Source of the DNA: Eledone cirrhosa | Taxonomy: Eukaryota | Length of the DNA: 64,000 bases | Direction of reading: 5' to 3' | Assembly (NCBI GenBank): GCA_964016885.1 | Contig: OZ024745.1 | Coordinates: forward strand, 108,128,001-108,192,000 | Shown: piece by piece, positions 25,641 to 40,159 of the stretch | How the letters are laid out: every line of letters starts with the position of its first letter | How positions within the stretch are numbered: the stretch's first letter is position 1 | Position numbers and translations under genes: made by a program | The notes under the pieces: generated by a model | Database searches by the model: none | The model's input: the letters and a program-made list of their open reading frames with translations, nothing else | Told to the model about the DNA's origin: nothing

Positions 25641-28212
25641 ATAAGTTATATATTTCCATAAAAAATATATAAATTACTTAACCTTCTGGAGGCTCCAAGC
25701 ACATTACGTTGCTGATAGAGTAATCTCCCTTTAATATATAATGCAGTGTAAAGGGAAGCAATTCATAAAAAAAATTTCTAGCATGCTAAAGATTAATTAC
25801 AAATACAGAACACAACAAAATAAATCAAATAAATTTAACAAATGACTGAAACTACCAAAATTGAATACTTTATTCATTTACTGTGTGAAGCTGTAGAATA
25901 ATTGCTAATTTTAGCAGATCAAGCAACCATAAAACATAGCTATTGTTGGTTCAGCTGTTGTTGTTTAACTGCTGGTATACCCTGATGAAACATACATTAT
26001 CTTAAGTGGTCTTGATTTTTATTTCCAGCAGGCAGGGTGACTGTGTAAAAGTTCCCTCAATGGTTTGTAGTGTAATACTGATGTTGTTGGTTATGGTTGT
26101 GGAAATGGTAAGATACTGATGTTGTAGTTTGTTCAGTGCTAGGTCAAACCTAATAGAGCAGACCTATGATCAAAAGTGTTCTACTCATCACTATCCTGTC
26201 TATTTTTCAGACATAGTGTATCAAAGACTACAACTATAATATAAATGTGTGTGTGCGTGTCCAGGTTACTCAGAAATTAGAGAATGAACACCCACAAAAA
26301 AATATATATTATTGTTCTTTATCCCACCAGTCCAGTTAATGGTAGTATGTATTTTGATGTGTACAATTTATATTAAATTCAATTTATTTTCCAGTATTTA
26401 TAAATTCTATTTATTTTCCAGTATTTATATAAAAATAATAATAATGAAAATTATTGTGCACGACAACTCATCAAAGGTGCATGCATAGTACATAGAATAA
26501 CAGTGTATTGAGTCATGATATAAAAACAATCTGGCCATTTTGTTTTGGAATTGTCTCTTTTTGTCCAATCTGTAGAGAAGGACGGAGAAGATGAGAGAGT
26601 GGAAGAGAGAGGAAGTGGGGAAAAAGAGAAAGAAAGAGTAAAGAAGAAAGAGGTAATATGTACCAACATTTATTATTACTTTCATAATAGACCTGGGCAT
26701 TGCTGGGTACCCAATATATCCTTCTCTCCTATTTCCCACCTTGCACAAGGGTGCATCATCATCTGAGTTGGCTGCTATTTCATGCAGAGGTGAGTGACAG
26801 AACAAAGTTTCACTCACTGACCTAAGTGTGCTGGTGTTGTTGGTTTGGAATAGGTTAGACCTAACTGAACAAACCTATAACCAAAGAAGACATTGTAATC
26901 ATGGCCATTCCATCTAGAATTCAGATATAGATGTAATTGTGGCTGTTTGGCCCTAGGTCAACTCTGATCTAGCAGATCTATGAGCAAAAGCATTTCAGCC
27001 TTTACCATCCTGTCTTTTTCTTATGTCATTTGAGGGGGATTTTTCTGCTATTTCTTGCAAGTTGAGCACCTATGCAGAGGCTCTCTTGTTGGTTCATACC
27101 AGATATAGTGTCTCTAGACAGATAATATTTAGAGTCATTATATTGTCAGACAAAATACCTTTTGGTATTTAGTTATGGACCTTTATATTAGGTGCATAGC
27201 TTATATCACTTTCAATCGTGTGATGTGTTGTGTCCTCAAGCAAGGCACTTTATTTCAGTTGTAGAAATGAGTTGTGATGTCACTGGTGCCAAACTGTATC
27301 GGCCATTGCTTTTCCCTTGGACAACATCGGTGGTTTAGAAACTTTAGATGTTTATGGAGGTGTGGCAAGTCACATATATTCTAGCCAAAAAAAAAAAAAA
27401 AAAAATAAATGCTTCACCTTCAAAAGAAGGTTGACTCAAGAAAAAGAAGATACAAGCTCAGAGCATAGACAACTAGAACAAATACCACCAGGTATTTAAA
27501 TCTCATGCTCTAAGGCTTCAACTAATTGTCATAATTTACCTAGAAGATTGGACAGAAGGAAAGAAACTGAAGGGATAGGCATAAGGATAGAGATAGTAGG
27601 ATGAAAAAAAAAAATACAAAACAAAAGAGCTAGAAAAAAACAAAACAAAGAGAGACAGAGATGAGAAGGGAAGAAGTAACTGGGTGAGAAAAACTAGAGG
27701 CAGTAAAGAGAAGAGAGGAAAAGGGGTAATTATATATGAATAAGGACAAACAAACAAAAGAAATAGTGAGTGGGGAGATATCATTTGTTATTCTATGAGG
27801 AGAAGAATCAGCAAAAGTGAGAGAAAGTGTGGTGGAGGTGAGAGACATTGGAACATTGCTTGTCCAGATAACAGTAGATGGAATAATAATAGTGGTGGTG
27901 GTGGTGGTGGTGGTGGTGGGGATGTTAGTTATTAACATATAGGATGCAAAGAACTTCAACAGTAACATCAGCAACAGTACAAAAGCAATAGTAATAACAA
28001 TGTGAAGTATTTTTCCTTTTCACATTATCCCCTCCTACCCAGGTTCTTTGCTTTGGTACATGTACAATTGAAGGTCAAAGCCAGACAAGTCAAAGAGAGA
28101 CAGGTAAGATAAAGGGGGGTGGGAGGTGGTGGAGAAGGCACAAAGAGGGAACAGGTGAATTTGATAGTAAAACATTCCTGGCTAGAAGGCTTGGAGAGAA
28201 AAGGATATACAT

Positions 28213-28245
<33 letters not shown>

Positions 28246-28445
28246 GAATATAAATATATATATGTATATATATATATATTTATATATATATATATATATA
28301 TGAATATAAATATATATATGTATATATATTTATATACACATATATATATGAATATATATATATATAATGCGTGTATATATATCACCATCATCGATTAACG
28401 TCCATTTTCCACGCTAGCAAGGGTTAGACTTATATATATATATAC

Positions 28446-28511
<66 letters not shown>

Positions 28512-28534
28512 TATATATATACATTTATTTATAT

Positions 28535-28565
<31 letters not shown>

Positions 28566-28950
28566 GAAACAGACAGAGGGAGAGAAGCTAGTGTGTGTGT
28601 ATCATTATTATCATTATTATCATTATTGTCACTTTTACAACAGCTTTTTTTTCTTCTCATGCTTGCATGGGTTAACCAAGTCTTTTCCAATATGGCATCT
28701 CTCCACTTCTTTCCTTTGTCAGAGATTCAGTATCCTGAAATCAGCTTTTATCACCTCTATCCAGGTCTTACATGATCTTCTTCTTCTCTTGTTAATGAAC
28801 TTCTGACACTTCTTCACCCAATGACCGTCATCAATGTGCATTATGTTTCTGAATCAATGAGCTCTTCTTTCCTCTACAATACATATGATGCCTCTTATGC
28901 ATAGTTTTACTTTTAGTTAATCTATGCTTTGTTGTTAATGTGAATGCTAT

Positions 28951-29282
28951 ATCATCATCATCATCATCATCATCATCATTTTATGTCTGCTTTTCCCTGC
29001 TTGCAAGGGTGGGGTGCGAACTGATTCTGGCTTGATTTCTACAGCTGGATGCCCTTCCTAACACCAACCTCATTTACAGTGAGTGCTGGGTGCTTTTTTG
29101 CCGTGGCACCTCCACGATCACTTTGCAGTGGAATGATATGGACCCCAGTCCCTATCATCTCATTTCTACAGCTGAGTAAACTGGAGCAATGTGAAATAAA
29201 GTGTCTTGCTCAAGGAAACAACACATCACCCGGTCTGAGAATTGATTGGCCAATGCTCTAACCACTAAGCCATGTGCCTCCA
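28951..29282 (-). mobile_element. SINE family B copy
   Basis: Reverse complement of family B with a small head deletion. Confidence 0.88.
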
Positions 29283-29634
29283 TTATATATTTAAAATAAT
29301 TCAAGTAGATGGTGATGTCATGGATGACATGCAAAAACTAAACAAAGAAAACAACAGAAACCTCTGAAGGAATTGAAATTTTCCTTTTAGTTGGTGAAAG
29401 AAAACAAAAACAGCTGTAATTGTGGGTGACTCGCAAAGAAAAGGGAGATAATTTCAAGAAATAAAGAATTAAAGAATTAATTTCACAGAAAATTGAATTA
29501 TCATATTTAGTGGGGGTAATCTAATATTTGTTAGTAAGCAATGTTACAGCTATAGACATTTACAGTGTTATTATTGTATAAAGTCCACTAGGGCAGTGGA
29601 TTGGCAGTAATAAATCTTTATTATCTTTGTTCAA

Positions 29635-29842
29635 CCCTTTAATATTTACATTACTCTATATATACTATTGTATTTTCTTAGTAAAGGCTTTATCTCACAT
29701 AATATAAAATCTAGGAGATTTTGATATAACTTATTTTGAGAACAATACCTTAACATAAGTATGAGTGGTTGGTTACAGCCAGTTTGAACAGAAACAGGTG
29801 AGAGAATTCTTGCAGGATATGGCCGGTTTAAGTGCTAAAGGG
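29635..29842 (+). mobile_element. piggyBac-type MITE, copy 2
   Basis: CCCTTTA..TGCTAAAGGG termini, degenerate TTAA flanks. Confidence 0.75.
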
Positions 29843-29869
29843 TTATACTAAATATCAGTCTTTATTTTA

Positions 29870-30885
29870 GAGAGTATTGTTTGTTTTCACAGAGCATTGT
29901 TGCTATAGAGTATCATTGTTGCTATAGAGTATCATTGTTTCCACAGAGTATCACTGTTTCCACAGAGTATCACTGTTTCTGCAGAGTATCATTGTTTCCA
30001 CAGAGTATCATTGTTTCCACAGAGTATCACTGTTTCCACAGCGTATCACTGTTTCCACAGAGTATCACTGTTTCCACAGAATATCACTGTTTCCACAGAG
30101 TATCACTGTTTCTGCAGAGTATCACTGTTTCCACAGAGTATCATTGTTTCCACAGAGTATCATTGTTTCCACAGAGTATCACTGTTTCCACAGAGTATCA
30201 CTGTTTCCACAGAGTATCAATGTTTCCACAGAGTATCATTGTTTCCACAGAGTATCACTGCTTCTGCAGAGTATCATTGTTTCCACAGAGTATCATTGTT
30301 TCCACAGAGTATCACTGTTTCCACAGAGTATCATTGTTTCCACAGAGTATCATTGTTTCCACAGAGTATCACTGTTTCCACAGAGTATCAATGTTTCCAC
30401 AGAGTATCATTGTTTCCACAGAGTATCATTGTTTCCACAGAGTATCACTGTTTCCACAGAGTATCAATGTTTCCACAGAGTATCATTGTTTCCACAGAGT
30501 ATCACTGTTTCTACAGAGTATCAATGTTTCCACAGAGTATCATTGTTTCCATGCAGTATCACTGTATCCACAGAGTATCACTGTTTCCAAACAATACCAA
30601 TGTTTCTGTAGAGAATCAATGTTTTTATAGAGTACCAACGTTTTGTACAGAGTGTCAATGTTTCTATAGAGTATTAATGTTTCTATAAAGTATGACTGTT
30701 TCTATAGAATATCATCAATGTTTTCACAGAGTACCATTGTTTTTACAGAGTATCAACATTTCTACAGAGTACCATTGTTTCTATAGAGTATCAATGTTTC
30801 TATAGAGTATCATTGTTTCTATAGAGTACTATTGTTTCTATAGAGTATCATTTTCATAGTATCATTCTTGCTATAGAGTAACATA
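29870..30885. repeat. 19-bp minisatellite (tttccacagagtatcactg), ~50 copies
   Basis: Homogeneous core with degenerate edges. Confidence 0.95.
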
Positions 30886-31337
30886 ATTTTCATGAAATAT
30901 CATTTTCATGCTCCTTCTTTAAATTAAAAAAAATATATATTAGTTTTTTTTTTTTGTTTAAATACATGTAAGACCTGGTCAAACAAACTTATGATTAATG
31001 GCATTCCAACCATGACCATCATGTCTGTTTCTCTTAAAATGTAGTATATCCATGACTATATTATTCGAGATATTTTTCTTTTAAAAGTGATGATAGGTTA
31101 CCACAAGGCATTAACCAGCCTGGGGCTATAGTAGAGGATATTTACCCAAGGTATTTCGAAGTGAGATTGAACCTGAAACCATGTGGTTGGGAAGTGAACT
31201 CCTTTAAAAAGTAGAAAACAACTCTGTAACTGCATCACATTAAAAAATAGTCTTTACTTTAGTTTATGGCAAATGTTCACAATTATCTGCACACTAGTAA
31301 AGATACTATAAATATTTGAATAAACAAAAGCTATTAA

Positions 31338-31554
31338 CCCATTACCATTTACATTACTCTATATTTACTATTGTATTTTCGTGATAAAGGCTTTATCTTA
31401 CATAATTATCTCACGTAATATCAAATCTATGAGATTTGATATCTATTTTGAGAACAATGCCTTAACGTCAGTATGAGCAGCGAGTTATGACAGGTGTGAA
31501 CAGAAAGAGGTGAGAGAATTCTGGTCGGATTTGGCCAGTTTAAATGCTAAAGGG
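31338..31554 (+). mobile_element. piggyBac-type MITE, copy 3
   Basis: TTAA-CCC..TAAATGCTAAAGGG. Confidence 0.78.
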
Positions 31555-33329
31555 CTAAAGGATGTTATGAGTTAACAACACAGCCATGTCTGCACATTTA
31601 TTACTTTATCATATTGACAACACGACACAAATATTAGAGGAGAGATGTGATAATCTATTGGCACCATGGTACTTAACTAGTACTTATTTTATCAACTGCC
31701 CGGAAGATGGACAAAGTGAACTTCAAATCTCTGTCCTTGTGTCTTTCTGCTAAAGCATTAAAATATAAAACTGTATGTCAGATACCTCTAGAAATTAAGA
31801 CACACTCAAAGCAGGTGTTTTGTAATGCTAGAAGACTCTCAATTATGACATTTCATCCAGATTGATTGAAGCAAGCAGTGTAATGTAGCATGCTTAAAAA
31901 GTGTAATGAATGAAAAACAAAAAACCCCATAGGGTGATTAATCAAGTGCCTTAACAACGAGACTGATTGATTGTAAACCTCATAAACACTTAAAAGAACC
32001 TTATCTGAGTAATTCTCAACCAACTTCCTCAAGGCTTTCTGCTGCTATGATAGCTTAAACAATCTAAAGAAGTAAAACAATCATCATCATCATCATCATT
32101 ATCACCATGATCTCAGCCACACCATTACATATATTATCACTAATAACACTAGTGTTACAGTAGATACTTGTAACCAGATTCTCATTAGGAGTGTAAAGCG
32201 AGCCTGGCACTTTTAAGATGTAGAGTGGTGTGATTTGAGGGAGATATTGATACTATTTCCAGCAGATTAAGTGACTACGTAGAGGTGCTTCCAAATTAGC
32301 TTGTGATAGTTATGGTGAACATTATAGATGTTAGGAAATATAAAATCTTTGTTAGAATGAAAGATTTCTATGGCTGGATGCCCTCCCTATCCCCAACCAC
32401 TTTACAACATGTACTGGATGTGTTTATCATGTAGATCACCAACACTAGGGAGGTTGTCATGTCCTTGACATGACTGAGGGGTCATCCTTGCCCTTTGTTT
32501 GGCAGGCTTTCTATCGCTGGATGCCCTTCCTATTACCAAACATTTTACAGCATGTACTGGATGCATTTATCATGTAGGGATTTTGATGAAGGTTATAGTT
32601 GACTGATTTAATTAGTTCTCATATTTGACAAGTACCTATTTTATCCACATTCTGATGGTGATAGGATTAGTGGGATCACAATGTGAACATTTCTTTATTC
32701 CAAGAGAGAAGAGAGGTGAGGAAATTGACTTCAGTACTTCACTGGTACTTTATTGAAACAAAAAGTGATGAAAGGAAAGTTGTCCCCTGTGGGATTTGAG
32801 GGAGATTTGGGTACTATTTCTAACAAGTTGAGTGACTAAGTAGAAGTACATTCACATTAATTTGACACAAACAACCCTTTCAATTTGCTGGGGATGACTT
32901 AGCTTTTGTAAGGGATGGAAAGGTTTAATCAACTTGGTGAGATTTGAACATAAAATGAAAAATAGAATGTAACTAAACTTCTAAACATTCTCTAGTACTT
33001 CACAATCAGCTCTCTATTGAAAATAATTATGAAAATTGTACTTTAATCATAGAATCTCCTTATAGTTTTTTTTTTATTGGTTTTTATATCATTTTGTCGG
33101 AAGAATAGTGACTAAAACCTTTTTATGGACCTCTGATACTTGTAGGAGAAATAGAAGTAAATTTCATTAAAGACACCCAAAAGCCAAGTAACAGTGTTAA
33201 TAGAACAAAAAGTATTCCTTCTATAGCTTTTCATATAGTTTTCCTCTATCAAATTTTAAGGCTTTCATTGATCTAAAATGATAGGAGAAGAAACTTGCTG
33301 AAGGTATTAAAATTCATGTAGTTCCAAAG

Positions 33330-33640
33330 AGGAGGTGTATGACCTAGTGGTAAGTGTGTTGGGCTTACGAACATGATTTTTATTAATATATATATATAGA
33401 GATATATAATGACGTGGGTTTGATTCCTGGGCTGGGATGTGTGAAGTGTTTTTGAGCAAAACACTTCATTTCACGTTGCTCCAGTATACTCAGCTGAAAA
33501 TGAGTACCAGCAATAGCTGGGGGTTTAACTTTGTGATGGGCTGGCACCCTGTCCATGGTGAAGTCTTGTACTCTCAGTCGCTTCACGCCATGAAACCAGG
33601 TTAAGCACTGGCCTAATGAGCCTTGTGGCTTAAGACAGAC
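33330..33640 (+). mobile_element. tRNA/CORE-headed SINE (family F); second copy at 45975-46245 (-)
   Basis: Shared head/core plus body gagtaccagcaatagctgggggtttaac..ctcagtcgc. Confidence 0.7.
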
Positions 33641-33927
33641 TGTAGATAGTTGCAAAATGAACTTAGACACAGTCAGGCTTGCATCAACAAATGTATAGCA
33701 TATTCCCCAAATGTTCCCTGGCAGGTAATTACCAATTTAAGGGTTTGTAATTTTTTACCTACACCAGCAAAAGTCAGCTTTCCAAAAAAGACAACCATAC
33801 ATACAAAAAACAACAAAAAAAAAACAAAAAACAAAGCAAAACAACAGAAAATTCTATTCAAAACAAGTTCAGAATTTAAAAAAAAAGGGGGAATGAGAAT
33901 CATATAAAATTCTTCTGTTTTGCTCAC

Positions 33928-34068
33928 CAAATAGATATCCTATCCTGTCCTATGAGACTGTTGGATACAACATAACATCTACCAAACAGCAGGCACCAAT
34001 AGACAACAAACATCCCCCAAAGAAAATTCAGCCTAATCTGCTTGCCTTCATTGCATGCAGAACCCCCA
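33928..34068 (-). CDS. Candidate 141-bp exon (phase 2-2) xGGSACNEGKQIRLNFLWGMFVVYWCLLFGRCYVVSNSLIGQDRISI(W)
   Basis: Pyrimidine tract ending ttAG, GTGAGC donor, open frame; a downstream acceptor at 33759-33760 would give W then TAA. Confidence 0.35.
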
Positions 34069-34138
34069 CTAAGATAAAGCAGATATATGGAGAGAGAGAG
34101 AGAGAGATAGAAAGGGAGAGAGAGAGAGAGAGATAGAA

Positions 34139-34181
<43 letters not shown>

Positions 34182-34526
34182 AAATACAATAAAAAACATA
34201 AAAATGATATGCCATAACCAAAGATAATATATAGATTTTTGTTTTCTTGTATTTATTTTAGGTGTTTATCTCTTATTTCATATTTTTACTGTTCTAACTG
34301 TTGTTATATTGTTGCTGTTGTTGATGCTGCTGTTGTGACTTTTGGTTTTGTTTTGCATAAAAATTAGATCCACATATGAGAATATCTGCGATAAATGAAA
34401 GACGGAATATCAATAACAGAAATAGAGTTTGTCGTTATTTTCAATTATCAATTATCATTATCGGTAGAATCTGCTCTAATAGCTGCAATTACACATTCCA
34501 CAGCATCAATACCATGGTGTGAAGAG

Positions 34527-34558
<32 letters not shown>

Positions 34559-34564
34559 AATGCA

Positions 34565-34608
<44 letters not shown>

Positions 34609-34671
34609 TACAATACATATTTATATATATACATGTATATACAATACTTTTATAAATATACACACACACAG

Positions 34672-34711
<40 letters not shown>

Positions 34712-34715
<4 letters not shown>

Positions 34716-35098
34716 TCATCATCACCATTTTATGTCCGTTCTTCCACGCTAGCATGGGTTAGACGGGTTGTCCTGTTGTGGGCAGTGTCCGGTTGGCTGA
34801 CCTTGTCTTGCTCATACGGGAACTGATTCTGGCTTGATTTCTACAGCCGGATGCCCTTCCTAACACCAACCTCATTTACAGTGAGTGCTGAGTGCTTTTT
34901 TTCCGTGGCACCTACACGTCCACTTTGCAGTGTGGGCTGGGTGCTTTTTTTCCGTGGAGCCTACACGTCCACTTTACAGTGTGGGCTGGGTGCTTTTTTT
35001 CTGTGGCGCCTACACGTCCACTTTACAGTGTGGGCTGGGTGCTTTTTTGCCATGGCACCTCCATGACCACTTTGCAGTGGGAGGGTGTAGGGGCATAT

Positions 35099-35100
<2 letters not shown>
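34712..35100 (-). mobile_element. RTE subfamily-1 3'UTR fragment with four 49-bp modules
   Basis: Homologous to 17850-18147. Confidence 0.85.
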
Positions 35101-35182
<82 letters not shown>

Positions 35183-35223
35183 CAAATAATACATATATAT
35201 ATACCTAGATATATGTGTGTGTG

Positions 35224-35268
<45 letters not shown>

Positions 35269-35809
35269 ATTTGACAGCAGAGCAACTAGACAGTGAGAAA
35301 TTTAAGTTATTTTTAATTCTTTCCAAATCCAGAGCACATCCGCTATTCAGTATCAATGCAATATAAAGAGGAGGCATAGGCAAGACAACAAGACAAACCA
35401 TTGCACCTACAAACACAGAACTAAACCGCCCCACCACCACCACCACCATCCCATCCATCCACCTCTGCTCTTACTACCAACTTTATTACTACCTTGGGCT
35501 GAAAAAAAAACGAGGGCACTGACAGCTTGTTTATCAGTCTCATGGGTTTCTTGCTACCAAGCAATTCCTTAATCCAGATGTGATACAACAGCCCTACAGT
35601 AGATTCATTCTGCCATTATTCCTGTTTGCTTTACTTTCTCTGGTCCTTGTGAGCCAGACATAAACCACATTACCACATTATAGCTGCTACCAGCCAGCCA
35701 GCTCTACTGATGTCAATGGCTGTGATAATATGTTCACTTTATTGGATCAGTGCCAACAACACAACCAAGTTAGCTTTAACAAACTCACATGTACTCACAC
35801 ACATTAAAC

Positions 35810-35860
<51 letters not shown>

Positions 35861-36158
35861 AGTGTGTGTGTGTGTGTGTATATATGTATATATGTATATA
35901 TATATATGTATATATATGTATATATATATATGTATATATATGTATATATGTATGTATATATATGTATATATATATGCATATATATGTATATATATATATG
36001 TATATATATATGTATATATATGTATATATATATGTGTGTGTGTATATATATGTATATGTATATATACACTTAAATATACACAATAAATACATAGACACAT
36101 GAACACACGCATATATATATATATATATATATGAGTGTATATATATATATATATATGA

Positions 36159-36207
<49 letters not shown>

Positions 36208-36346
36208 TAGAGATGTAAATGTAGAGATAGAAATATATATATATATATAGATAGACGCACACACATATACACTCAAATACGTGCACATGCCCACACAAAC
36301 ATACATAATATATACATATATATATGTATATATATATATAAATATG

Positions 36347-36476
<130 letters not shown>

Positions 36477-36515
36477 TATATGTACATACATATACATACA
36501 TATATACATATATAT

Positions 36516-36563
<48 letters not shown>

Positions 36564-36799
36564 TATACTTTATATCCATATCTCTACATACATACAATCA
36601 CCCATACTCCCACCTTGGGACACATATGTTAGAACATGTGCATGTGTATGTGAGAGTGTCTCTTAGTGTAAACACGTGTATGCTTCTAGAAGAATACCAC
36701 TCTACGCAAATGTATACCTGTTTGAGCAAGTACAGTTATATACACAGCACCATGTATAGATACTTAACACATACACACACACATATATATATATACATA

Positions 36800-37910
36800 T
36801 ATAATTAGTCTAAGTATACACATATGTACCAACACATACACATACACACATATATATATATATATATAAAACTAGTCCAAGTATACACATATATACCAAC
36901 ACATACACATACACACATATATATATAAAACTAGTCCAAGCATACACGCATGTACCTACACACACACATAAAACTAGTCCAAGCATACACACATGTACTT
37001 ATACACACACATACACGCACTTACACATAAAACTAGTCCAAGCATACACACGTACTTACACACACACATACACACACTTACACATAAAACTAGTCCAAGC
37101 ATACACACGTACTTACACACACACATACACACACTTACACATAAAACTAGTCCAAGCATACACACATGTACCTACACACACACATGTACCTACACACACA
37201 TATACACACATACACACACATACACACACATATAAAACTAGTCTAAGCATACACACACATACCTACACACACACATACATACACACACATATAAAACTAG
37301 TCCAAGCATATACACATGTACCTACACACACACATGTACCTACACACACACATACACACACTTACACATAAAACTAGTCCAAGCATAAACACACATACCT
37401 ACACACACACACACATACACACATACACATGTACCCACAAGCAAACAGTCACATACACAACCACGTGTGCTCATATACTATGTGCACATTGTCTAATCTG
37501 CACACACACCCACACATAACTAGTCCAGCACACACACACACACCCACACATAACTAGTCCAGCACACACACACACACACACCCACACATAACTAGTCCAG
37601 CACACACACACACACACCCACCGATAACTAGTCCAGCACACACACACACACCCATCCATAACTAGTCCAGCACACACACACACCCACCCACAACTAGTCC
37701 AGCACACACACACACCCACACATAACTAGTCCAGCACACACACACACCCACCCATAACTAGTCCAGCACACACACACACCCACACATAACTAGTCCAGCA
37801 CACACACACACCCACCCACAACTAGTCCAGCACACACACACACCCACCCATAACTAGTCCAGCACACACACACACCCACACATAACTAGTCCAGCACACA
37901 CACACACCCA
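36800..37910. repeat. Compound minisatellites with ACTAGTCCA(A)GCA core and (CA)n spacers
   Basis: aaaactagtccaagcatacac units at 36800-37400; taactagtccagcacac units at 37510-37900. Confidence 0.9.
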
Positions 37911-38056
37911 CACACACACACACTACACCCCCACCCCCACACACTACACCACACACCAGCCCCATATCACTGCCACCATCCACCCACAAGCACCCCCACA
38001 CCCCAAAACTACCCCCACACAATCCATGAGTCCACTACAAATATAAAAAAGTATCA

Positions 38057-39582
38057 GGCACATGGCTTAGTGGTTAGAGCATTAGGCTTGCAATCGAAAG
38101 GTTGTGAGTTCAATTCTCAGACTGGGTGATGTGAGCAAGACACTTTATTTCACATTGCTCCAGTTTACTCAGCTGTAGAAATGAGATGATTAAAAGCACC
38201 CAGCCCACACTGCAAAGTGGTCATGGAGGTGCCACGGCAAAAAAGCACCCAGCCCACACTGCAAAGTGGACGTGTAGGCGCCACGGCAAAAAAGCACCCA
38301 GCCCACACTGCAAAGTGGACGTGTAGGCGCCACGGAAAAAAAGCACCCAGCCCACACTGTAAAGTGGACGTGTAGGCTCCACGGAAAAAAATCACCAAGC
38401 CCACACTGCAAAGTGGTCGTGTAGGCGCCACGGAAAGAAAGCACCCAGCCCACACTGTAAAGTGGACGTGTAGGCACCACGGAAAAAAAGCACCCAGCCC
38501 ACACTGCAAAGTGGACGTGTAGGCGCCACGGAAAAAAAGCACCCAGCCCACACTGTAAAGTGGACGTGTAGGCGCCACGGAGAAAAATCACCAAGCCCAC
38601 ACTGCAAAGTGGACGTGTAGGCGCCACGGAAAAAAAGCACCCAGCCCACACTGTAAAGTGGACGTGTAGGCGCCACGGAAAAAAATCACCAAGCCCACAC
38701 TGCAAAGTGGACGTGTAGGCGCCACGGAAAAAAAGCACCCAGCCCACACTGTAAAGTGGACGTGTAGGCGCCACGGAGAAAAATCACCCAGCCCACACTG
38801 CAAAGTGGACGTGTAGGCGCCACGGAAAAAAAGCACCCAGCCCACACTGCAAAGTGGACGTGTAGGCGCCACGGAAAGAAAGCACCCAGCCCACACTGTA
38901 AAGTGGACGTGTAGGCACCACGGAAAAAAAGCACCCAGCCCACACTGTAAAGTGGACGTGTAGGCGCCACGGAAAAAAAGCACCCAGCCCACACTGCAAA
39001 GTGGACATGTAGGCACCACGGAAAAAAAGCACCCAGCCCACACTGTAAAGTGGACGTGTAGGCGCCACGGAAAAAAAGCACCCAGCCCACACTGCAAAGT
39101 GGACGTGTAGGCGCCACGGAAAAAAAGCACCCAGCCCACACTGTAAAGTGGACGTGTAGGCGCCACGGAAAAAAAGCACCCAGCCCACACTGCAAAGTGG
39201 ACGTGTAGGCGCCACGGAAAAAAAGCACCCAGCCCACACTGTAAAGTGGACGTGTAGGCGCCACGGAAAAAAAGCACCCAGACCACACTGTAAAGTGGAC
39301 GTGTAGGTGCCACGGAAAAAAAAAAGCACCCAGCACTCACTGTAAAGTGGACGTGTAGGTGCCACGGAAAAAAAAAAAGCACCCAGCATTCACTCTACAT
39401 GAGGTTGGTGTTAGGAAGGGCATCCAGCTGTAGAAATCAAGCCAGAATCAGTTCCCCTATGAGCAAGACAAGGTCAGCCGACTGGACACTGCCCACAACA
39501 GGACAACCCGTCTAACCCATGCTAGCGTGGAAGAACGGACGTGGAAGACCTAATACGGTGATGATGATGATGATGACGATGA
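38057..39582 (+). mobile_element. Chimeric retroelement: SINE B head (38057-38190), ~24 x 49-bp array (38192-39392), RTE subfamily-1 tail
   Basis: Unit gcacccagcccacactg(t/c)aaagtggacgtgtaggcgccacggaaaaaaa; tail matches 17970-18147. Confidence 0.9.
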
Positions 39583-40103
39583 TCACACGCACACACACAC
39601 ATACACACTTACACTCATTTCTAGACAAAATCAGTAACAGATTCATATACAAACACACTTAGAAAACGTACACAAACACACATGAGTGTATTTCAAATAA
39701 ATACATATATATAGAGATGTTTTACAACACCAAACAGGCCAAACTGTTTGTAAGGGATTATGAAGAAACACATAAAATACGGACATGAGTATTTCCTAAG
39801 AAACTATAAAATTATATAAAATCAATTATATATGCATACAGACATGCATATATATATATATATGCCTATATATATGTGTGTGTGTTTACACATGTGTGAG
39901 CCTGTTTAAATATATATATATATATGCTTTCAAATAGATGTATCTAACAAATATATCACATATTTGTATACACATATATCTGTGTATATATGTATATACA
40001 TACACATATACATACATACTTATATACATACATATATACATACATACATATATACACACACATATATATATACATACATACATATATACACACACATATA
40101 TAT

Positions 40104-40147
<44 letters not shown>

Positions 40148-40159
40148 ATACATACATAT

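Noticed and set aside
29881-30688. Three overlapping repetitive ORFs
   Set aside because: Translations of a 19-bp minisatellite.
38192-39392. CRISPR array
   Set aside because: No unique spacers, no cas genes, eukaryotic context; the unit derives from the LINE 3'UTR. The same lack of unique spacers applies to the arrays at 21.4 and 37 kb.
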